DNA of 63,356 nt, counting the filler, from Reclinomonas americana ATCC 50394 (taxonomy: Eukaryota): NCBI GenBank assembly GCA_048213135.1. It is 6 parts of 6 records of this genome, joined end to end, with 100 filler letters (N's around TTAATTAATTAA, not from the genome) between each part and the next. Parts side by side here need not be neighbours in the genome. Positions count along the whole stretch, not along the records: positions 44,915 to 56,658 come from PS015383.1; positions 56,759 to 61,809 come from PS015385.1; positions 61,910 to 63,356 come from PS015406.1; 3 more parts are not named here. The stretch is one strand, 5' to 3'. Below, piece after piece: positions 54,253-63,356 of this stretch. A program made the translations under genes and the position numbers. The notes below the pieces were generated by a model, which searched no databases, was not told the DNA's origin, and worked only from the letters and a program-made list of their open reading frames with translations. Each line of letters begins with the position of its first letter. The first letter of the stretch is position 1.

Positions 54253-54699
54253 CTAATCATCCGAGCTGACCACGCTGCTGCGAATCCACGCCTGCAGCAC
54301 ATCGACACAAGTGAGCACCCAAAGTCAGTCAATGTCACCACATCCGATCAGGCAGACCTCCTCCATGCGCTTGGCCACGAAGAGAGTGACGGCGCCACCG
54401 AGTGCTGCTCCGCCCTTGCAATTGCACACACGTAGCAATCAATCTCTCTCTCCCCACATTGGAAGAGAATGCGATCAAAGGAAGGAGGGGAGACATACCA
54501 GCACACCGGCCACCACTGGTCTCCTGCTGTAGGCCGCCAGTCGAGGCGCCATGCGATAGCCCGCAAGAGCGCCACCCGCCGCACCTTACAGCACAAAGAT
54601 CAAACGTCAGTGAAAATGTGCAGAAGAGGAGGGCATGCTTGCAGTACCTGAGAACACCATGATGCGCTTCAGAGTCTTCCGCAAGTCGCCGAGGCCCAT
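54253..54699 (-). CDS. Small glycine-zipper membrane protein (~75 aa, probably 4 exons)
   Basis: Spliced MGLGDLRKTLKRIMVFSGAAGGALAGYRMAPRLAAYSRRPVVAGVL-GGAALGGAVTLFVAKRMEE-AWIRSSVVSSDD*. Confidence 0.5.
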
Positions 54700-55046
54700 T
54701 CGTCTCTGTCTCGTGATTGACCTTGTCCTCGACGTTCACGAGTGAGATGCGGTGTCGACGAGAGAGTTGCAGCGTGAAAGTGTGCAGTACAAGCTGTTTA
54801 ACTACGCGCGAGGCATGTGCGGAAAGAGAGGCAGTCACAGCATGAATCGCGCGCAACGTCGCACTTCGACGTCATGAGTTGCTTCTTTGCTGCTCAGTTG
54901 CCATCACGGCGTTCATTCCATACAACGCCAGATGGCAAGCAGAGCAATCTATGACACCTGCCAGGCGTGCTGTCGGAGATGGATCTCGAGCTCGAACTCC
55001 GCGCGCGCAGGACAGACACTTCCTCATCCTCGACTCGTTGAGCGCG

Positions 55047-56589
55047 ATGTGGTCGCAGTCACTTCGACTGCGGCTGCTCGGCCTGATGCCGCCACAGCGC
55101 ACCACTGCGGTGGTGCAGCAGATGGTGTGGGCATCCACGCGCGCCTCCATTCAGCGTGTGGAGAGCGAGTCGTTCCTCAGTGGAGCCTCTGCGTTGCGTA
55201 ACAGACTGAGAAGAAGAGTGGAGAGGAGAGGAGTGAGCAGATGCACAAGCAAAGAGACAACACGTGCGTGAGAGTGAGTGTGAGTGTGTGCGTTGGTTTG
55301 GCCCACATGGGCATGCCTGTGTTAGTTTTGGTCAATCTGCATGCTCTTCTCTCTCGCTTGACTCTCACTGTGCGCGCGCGTGTGTGTGTGCGTGCTGGCT
55401 CGTTCTGGTCTCTGGGAGAAGAAGAAAAAAACGAGTCGACTGCTGCAAAGTTTTGATTGATGTATAATGTTCGTTTTCCCTCGCAAACACACAGATGCAC
55501 AGATGCACTCTTTCTCTCTTCCTTTCTCTCTCATTGTGCTCGCTCGACCAGCGCATTCACACACAGATCAGTGATTGATGAAATGGGAAACTGGGGGGGG
55601 GGGGTTTGCTGTCAGTCATCTGCATGTCGTACTCACACACACTCGCATACAGTCAAGTGGTAGACGACATGTATCAGCAGTGGCAGGCGGATGCCAACTC
55701 GGTGCCGGAGTCGTGGCGCAAGTTTTTCGGCGATGTGGATCGCTCAGGTGCTGTGGATCCGAGCAAATCGATTCCCTTTGTGCCGCTCGCACGCACCACC
55801 GTCCTCTCGGCGGCGGCGGTGGAGGCCACTGGATCGCAGGCGTCGCCCATGACCAGCAAGAGCGTCGAGCGAGAGCTGCAGGATCACAACATTCGTTGCG
55901 CGCGCGTGTTGTGTTGCCTTCTTTTGCTGCCCTTCCTGACCCTCTCGCGTGCGCACAGTGACACAGCTCATTCGTGGGTACCGCGTGCGCGGCCACTTGC
56001 TGGCCGACTTGGACCCGCTCAAGCTCGACAAGCGCCCCTACGCGGCCGATCTCGATCCAAGCAGCTACGGTTTCACGGAGGCCGACATGCAACGCAAGTT
56101 TTACGTGGGCGAGAGTCTGGGCCTGGTGGCCACCGAGGAGGAGCCGCATTCATGGCGCACCCTCGAGTCCATCATTGCACAGCTCAAGTCTGCGTACTGC
56201 GGCCGGCTCGGTGTGGAGTTCTTCCACATTGCCGATCAGGGCCAGCGTGCTTTCCTCGGTCGCATTGTTGCGCATGTTGTTGTTATTATTGTTGTCGTCG
56301 CGTCGCTTTTGTGGCACATTGCTTACTCGTGCTGCAGATGGAGCGCCAGAACCCGTACGCACTCTCGGCAGAGAAGAAGAAACGTATCCTGCTGGGTTTG
56401 CTGCACGCTGACCGCTTCGAGAACTTCCTCAAGACCAAGTGGACCACGGCCAAGCGCTTTGGACTGGAGGGTGGCGAGGCTCTGATCCCGGCTCTGGACA
56501 TGCTGATTACGCACGCGTCGGAGCTCGGTGTCGAGGCTTGCGTGCTCGGCATGCCCCATCGTGGTCGTCTATCTGTGCTGTGCAACATT
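55047..56589 (+). CDS. OGDH: 2-oxoglutarate dehydrogenase E1, 5' part
   Basis: Presequence plus ESFLSGASA|QVVDDMYQQWQADANSVPESW, LIRGYRVRGHLLADLDPL, YCGRLGVEFFHI, FENFL-TKW-TAKRFGLEGGE and GMPHRGRL. Confidence 0.95.
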
Positions 56590-56759
56590 GTTGCGTCGCT
56601 GATGCTGCTGATGATGGATGCACAGTGTGCTCTCTGCTCACCCTTTTTCTCTCCCATCNNNNNNNNNNNNNNNNNNNNNNNNNNNNNNNNNNNNNNNNNN
56701 NNTTAATTAATTAANNNNNNNNNNNNNNNNNNNNNNNNNNNNNNNNNNNNNNNNNNNNT

Positions 56760-57912
<1,153 letters not shown>

Positions 57913-57960
57913 TACACCACCACAAGACATTGTACGATTGTGTACTACTACTCACACGTC

Positions 57961-60900
57961 TCATCTCTCGCCCATTCCACCACCATTGCCGGCACCATTG
58001 CCGCCACCACCGCCACCGAGGAACGAACCGAACACCTTGGAGGCCCAGCCAGACGGCGAGCTTGCACTGTTGGGCGAGGGTGCGGCCAGGTCGCCACCAT
58101 CGCCACCGGCACCGTTGCGTGGTGACTTGTTGGGAGATGAGGGAGCCGCTACAACGCATTCCGACAAGTCGAGAAAAGAAGCATGTCAGCACTCGTTCTC
58201 ACTCACATCTGCGATGGGGGGCGCCACTCACACTTCTTGCGACCGGTCAGCATGCCTCCCAACAGGCTGCCCAGCTGGCCAAGAGCGCCGGACTGCTGGC
58301 GTCCATCGTTTGACGACTGCACCGCAATAGTCAGCACGACATGCAGAGCAGAGACAGCGAGTGTTGCTGGATGACGCACATCGACGCGAACAGAGGGTGC
58401 ACTCGACATGGATGAGGCCGCGGCCGCAGCGGCAGCTGCAGCCTTGCTCGCCTGCTGTTGCTGCTCCTTTTGCTTCGACGGCAGCGAGGCCGGCAAGTAT
58501 GCCAGTTTGGAGGGTGTGGCAGAGAGGAAGTGCAGCGCAGCCGTCTCCCACGCTGCGTTGTAGCCACTGCGAGAGGGGCGTCAGATCAAGACAGCCACGG
58601 AAGCTGTTGCGACAGCACGTACCCCAGTTCCGCAAACGACTCGACACCCAACGATTCCTGGAAGCAAAGCGAGCCAAACAGGAGACGAGTCCGGCTGACA
58701 CACTTGCTGACCTCGGCGGGCAAGTGCGCCGAAATCAGCGCCCAGTTGATCGGATCCATCTATCAGTGGCGTCAGTCGCGACTCACATGAGCATGCAGAC
58801 ATTTGCAGACACACTGACACACCAGCTCTTCCAGTCTTGTCAGGAGCTCCACAGAGTCGACGGCGTCATCGGCACCGGCAGGAAGCGCCAACGCCAAGAA
58901 GGAGACGTCGAACCACATTTGCAACGCCAAATCTTCGCCATGCGCGGCTGACAATCGGCTGCTGCCGCCTGCGTCACCATCGCCACCTGCCAGCACGCAC
59001 AGAGTGAGTCATTTTTCCTGTGAGACAACAGTGGTGGCAGTTTCCGTACCTCCCGACTGCAGGCTTGCTACCACGGCCTCCGCCGCACGCGACAAACAGG
59101 ACAAGCACTCGCGCCGCACGCCTGTGCGCACACGGAGCAGGGCACTCTATGGTGTCCGGCAAGAGAACGCGGATGAGAAACCCCAAATCGATTCATCTCA
59201 AACCAACAGCACAAAATGCACCTTGGGCAACGACGACGGTCCCACGCCGTGTAATCTCTCCACGCAGCGCGCCAGCAGCGTGTACACAAACTCGGAGGCC
59301 TGGCCTGGCAAGAAGAGCACTTCGGCAGTGTCGCCTGCCTCACCACCGATGCGGATGGCTGACACGACACAATCGCGGATGAGAAAAACATGACAGCTCT
59401 CCCTCTCTCCCTCCCTCTCCCTTTCCCGCTGCCCCCTCACCAGTCCACCACTGTCTCGCAAGAACGAGACGTGCGTATTGCGAGACACTGAACGCGTCAC
59501 AGTCGGCTCGGAGTGCCACCAAATACGAACGCAGGAGCCACTCATCAAATGCCACAGACGACACTTGTGCGAAGCGATTCTCCAGCGCGTCAATCTGCTG
59601 TCGCAGAGCGGCGCCGACACTTGCATCATCTGCACAACACCAGTGAGCTGCACACAACGAGGCACGAGATTAACACTACTCATCGACCACGCACCACGTC
59701 CCGACGCTCTGCCGGCAGAGTACAGCAGGGAGACAAACACGGGGGAGAACGACTCCCACATGGTGTGCGACAACTGGGCCACGAACAAGCAAATGCCAAC
59801 ATTGCCTGTCCTCGGGTGTCAGTGCCACCAACAAGGGATATTCTACCCCCTTTCACATACACACACACCTGATTTCACCACTCGCTCGGCACAAGTGGCC
59901 AACTCAGAGTGCGCTTCGTGGATGGATGACAGGACGCAGGTGTGAATGTGCGAAAAGAGCTCACCGAGCTCTGCATGATCACTCGGTCGGGCAATCAACC
60001 TGCACCGCATTTTTTCGTGAGGTTTCAGCGACGCTGCGCACACTCAACTAATGCACCGCACCGTTGCAGCGCAAGCCACGAATCACCCTGTGTGCGCTCG
60101 CCACCAGCGCGATGAGCACCACCACCTCCGCCGCCGCCACCACCACCACCGACGGCGAATCCGGGTGGTGACGAGCTCGGCGAGAACACATCTGCTGAGC
60201 GCATCAGCTGTCGCAGAGTCCGTGTGAACTTCTGGGCAATGTCCCACACGAGTCGATCCACGCAAGGGAGCTGCAGGTGTGGTAAATATTTTAGTAGGGC
60301 GACCTCGACATGACCGGAGGTCGCTGGCAGGCAAAACGCAACATGATTTGCTTGCTTTAGTGTTCGATATTGTTCTTGCGACGAGCTGCGCGGTTGCTGC
60401 TGCAGCACCTCCACACACTGCGCCTCGAGTTCGCGAAAGGCCACCAGCGGCGCTTGCCAGAGTTCTACGTATCGGGAGCATCACTGATCAGCAACCAGGT
60501 GTTGCTAGTTGCACATCTCCAACGCTGCGCACCGCGATTCAGCTCCAAGTCACGTCCCTTGGCAGCACGCTGCGATGCCGCGGTAACCGCGCTGGCCAGA
60601 CTGCTGTGAATGGAGAGGGAATCGAAGAGGCTCGACACTAGCTGCTCGCCGTGCTGCACAAACACCGGCACCAGTGTTTGCTGCCACACAGCTTCTCGCG
60701 CGTTCGAGTCGGTGAGTGCCGAAAACATCTGCATGGAGGCGACAAGTCAGCTCTTCATCCATGAATCCATGAACCTGAAATGCTTACCTCCGCCAGACGA
60801 TGTGCGCTGACCGCATCCAGAAACACAGACCGATCGACGTTGATCTCACCCGAAACCTTGCGTGATAGTCGCCAACTGTGCCCGCAGTCAACCGTGTCAT

Positions 60901-61808
60901 TTACACATACATATACGCTCCGCCATCACAAACACACAGACGCACCTGGGCGATCCCATGCCCGCATCCAGGCCATCGGCGGAGCGACCAAAGAGACCAT
61001 GGCAACACAGTGTTTTGCAGGCCTCAAATACCCGCACCAAATCCTCGCCCGTCTCCAGCCGTTGCACCAGCACACGCAGCTCTTGCGTCATGCGTGGCAG
61101 CGCCTGTTCGAGCAAGTGAGAAGCACGACGTCACACCGATTCAACCATAAACACACATACACAAACTCACACACCTCCTTGGTCCACCACTCACGGAATC
61201 TGGCAGTCACGGCGGCCGGCGTCATGGCCGAGAGCGACGACAAACGAGCGAGGAATCGATCATGCAGTGCGTCGTCCAGCTCTCTCGTGGCATCTGCAAC
61301 ACAAGTGGATCAGCAATCACGCTAGAGCGGGACCTGGCAAACGCACTGTCGACGCACCACTCTCGCCGAGAGCCGTCAGCATCACGTGGAACAAGCTGCC
61401 GGTCGAGGAACTGCCGCGGCGAGGAGGAGAGCATGCTCATGTGAGCAACATAACAACTGCATTTACGTGGTGAGTGCGTCGCAACTCTGGCAGTCCACCT
61501 CGCGACGACGAGCCCGTGCGGTCGTCAGTCACATTCGCACTCTCTACTGCCGACCGCAGCTGCAGCAAATCTTCGCGAAGCACACAGATGCACATGTGTT
61601 CGAGGTCGCGATCACCTCCCATCCCAGCCCCCGTCCCTGCGGCAGTGATGATTGTGTACACGGGTGAGCTGCGTCAATCTGCTGCCCCTCTTCTCCAAAA
61701 CACACAGTGCACCTGCACGAGTGGCCGGCACTCCGCGCATCCACGTACTGAGGCGAATGGCTGCCGATTTCGCAATGTCATCCGCGTCGGCGCTGCCGTC
61801 GGTTCCCG
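57961..61808 (-). CDS. COG1: Conserved oligomeric Golgi complex subunit 1-like, 5' truncated
   Basis: LFLPGQASEFVYTLL...RLHGVGPSSLPK, LALQMWFDVSFL, IDPINWALISAHL and RFALLP resemble the COG1 C-terminal motifs (LP-QPS, ALQL-FD--YL, IDP-D, RF-LLP). Confidence 0.65.
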
Positions 61809-61909
61809 TNNNNNNNNNNNNNNNNNNNNNNNNNNNNNNNNNNNNNNNNNNNNTTAATTAATTAANNNNNNNNNNNNNNNNNNNNNNNNNNNNNNNNNNN
61901 NNNNNNNNN

Positions 61910-63356
61910 GCATATTTGCTGCGATCCACTGGCGCCGCCGTTCCACCACCGTCGCCCACCGACGGCGGGTGGCCCAACATGCCCGGAGCGAGTGACATTT
62001 TCGGGTGATCCGGCGCAGACGAGGCGCGGGTGGATTTCAAGTCGCCGACCTGCGACCGCAAGAGAGGGAAAGAATGAGAAGAAGAGATAGGGGAAGAGAG
62101 AGAGAGAGAAAAAGAAGATGTAAAGGATATGGAGGGAGAAGAGAGAGCGGAGATGGAGAGAGAGTGGAGATGGAGAGAAAAAGGATATGCAGAGGAGATG
62201 GAGAGAGCAAGAGGAGATGGACAGAGAAGTGAGATGGTAGAGACGGAGAGAGAGGAGATTGAGAGAGAGATCGTGGAGAGAAAGGAGATGGAGAGAGAGG
62301 AGATGGAGATGGAGAGAGAGAGAGGAGATGGAGAGATAGATGAAGAGAGAGAGAGAGAAGGAGAAGATGGAAAGGAGATGGAGAAGAGAGAGGAGATGGA
62401 GAGAAAAGGATATGCAACAGGAGATGGAGAGAGCAAGAGGAGATGGACAGAGAACTGAGATGGTGGAGACGGAAAGAGAGGAGACTGAGAGAGAGAGAGA
62501 GAGAGAGAGATCATGGACAGAGAGGAGATGGAGAGAGAAGATGGAGATGGAGAGAGGGTGAGAGACGTGGAGAGCGATGATGTAGAAAGCCAGAAAAATG
62601 GAGAGAGAGAAAGGAGATGGACAGAGAAATGAGATGGTAGAGACAGAGAGAGAGGAGATTGGGAGATCATAGACAGAAAGGAAATGGAAAGAGGAATGGA
62701 CATGGACAGAGAGAGGAATGGAAAGAGGAATGGAAAGGGGAATGGAAAGAGAGGAGAGGGGGAGAGAGATGAGAGGGTGAGAGGGATAAGAGGGTGAGAG
62801 AGGTAAGAGGGTGAGAGAGGTAAGAGGGAGAGAAGGAGATAGTGAGAAAGGAGATTGAAAGAGAGAGAGGGGGGATGGAAATGGAGAGAAGGACAGAGAT
62901 GAAGAAAAAATGAGATGGAGAAAGAAAGTGGGGAGAGAAAGAGAGAAGCGGAGGAGAGAGAACCCCCCGAATAAAACCCTTCGCCATCCATCAATAAACC
63001 TACCTCCACCGACAGATTAATGATCTTCTTGATCAACTCGCGTCGCTCCGTCGTCGCCTTCTCCTCGTGCTCGCGCAATCGCTGCTGCATCACATCGCTC
63101 TCGATGCTCAACCGCAACGCACCAAGCTCGCCCTTCAAGTGATCCACTTGCAGGCGGAGCGCGGCAGCCTCCTTTCGACACTCAATCAGCTTCTCGTTCT
63201 CCACAAACGGATTGTCGTCGCCGCCCGTGTCGCGCAGCTGCTGCAAGTGCACCAGCTCGTTGCGCACTTGCCGCATCTCGGCCTCCATCTCCGATTGACG
63301 GCGATCCTTGCACTCCACCATGCCCTCCAGCAACGCAATGCGCTTCTCGTAGTGCC
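61910..63356 (-). CDS. Internal exons of a coiled-coil protein (both ends outside the window or scaffold)
   Basis: Exon 63004-63356 (EMEAEMRQVRNELVHLQQL...RRELIKKIINLSVE|GT), a CT-rich intron, then exon 61910-62049. Confidence 0.55.

Overview
Eukaryotic draft-genome window from an intron-rich, GC-rich, flagellated, mitochondriate protist (DNAI3/WDR63, TTLL1, TBCCD1, OGDH, NDUFB4, UQCC1, PAM16). It is a concatenation of at least six separate scaffolds joined by artificial N-TTAATTAATTAA-N linkers, with microsatellite-filled introns and often <120-bp intergenic spacers. About 25 intron-containing genes or fragments were reconstructed by eye, so boundaries are approximate. Three highlights. (1) A U2 snRNA gene (5047-5262,+) faces a U2-derived paralog (6044-6220,-) that keeps the promoter, Sm-like site, 3' stem-loops (with compensatory changes) and 3' flank but lacks the branch-point/U6-pairing core; its 5' end is complementary, in U1-like register, to GUUGUG. 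(2) Two 5' splice-site classes coexist: G|GTRNG and non-G|GTTGCG. (3) A tandem array of four 69-76 aa, 3-exon microproteins that the ORF track fragments may be Reb/Tri (R-body/ejectisome ribbon) homologs. Family assignments come from motif recognition, not database searches.
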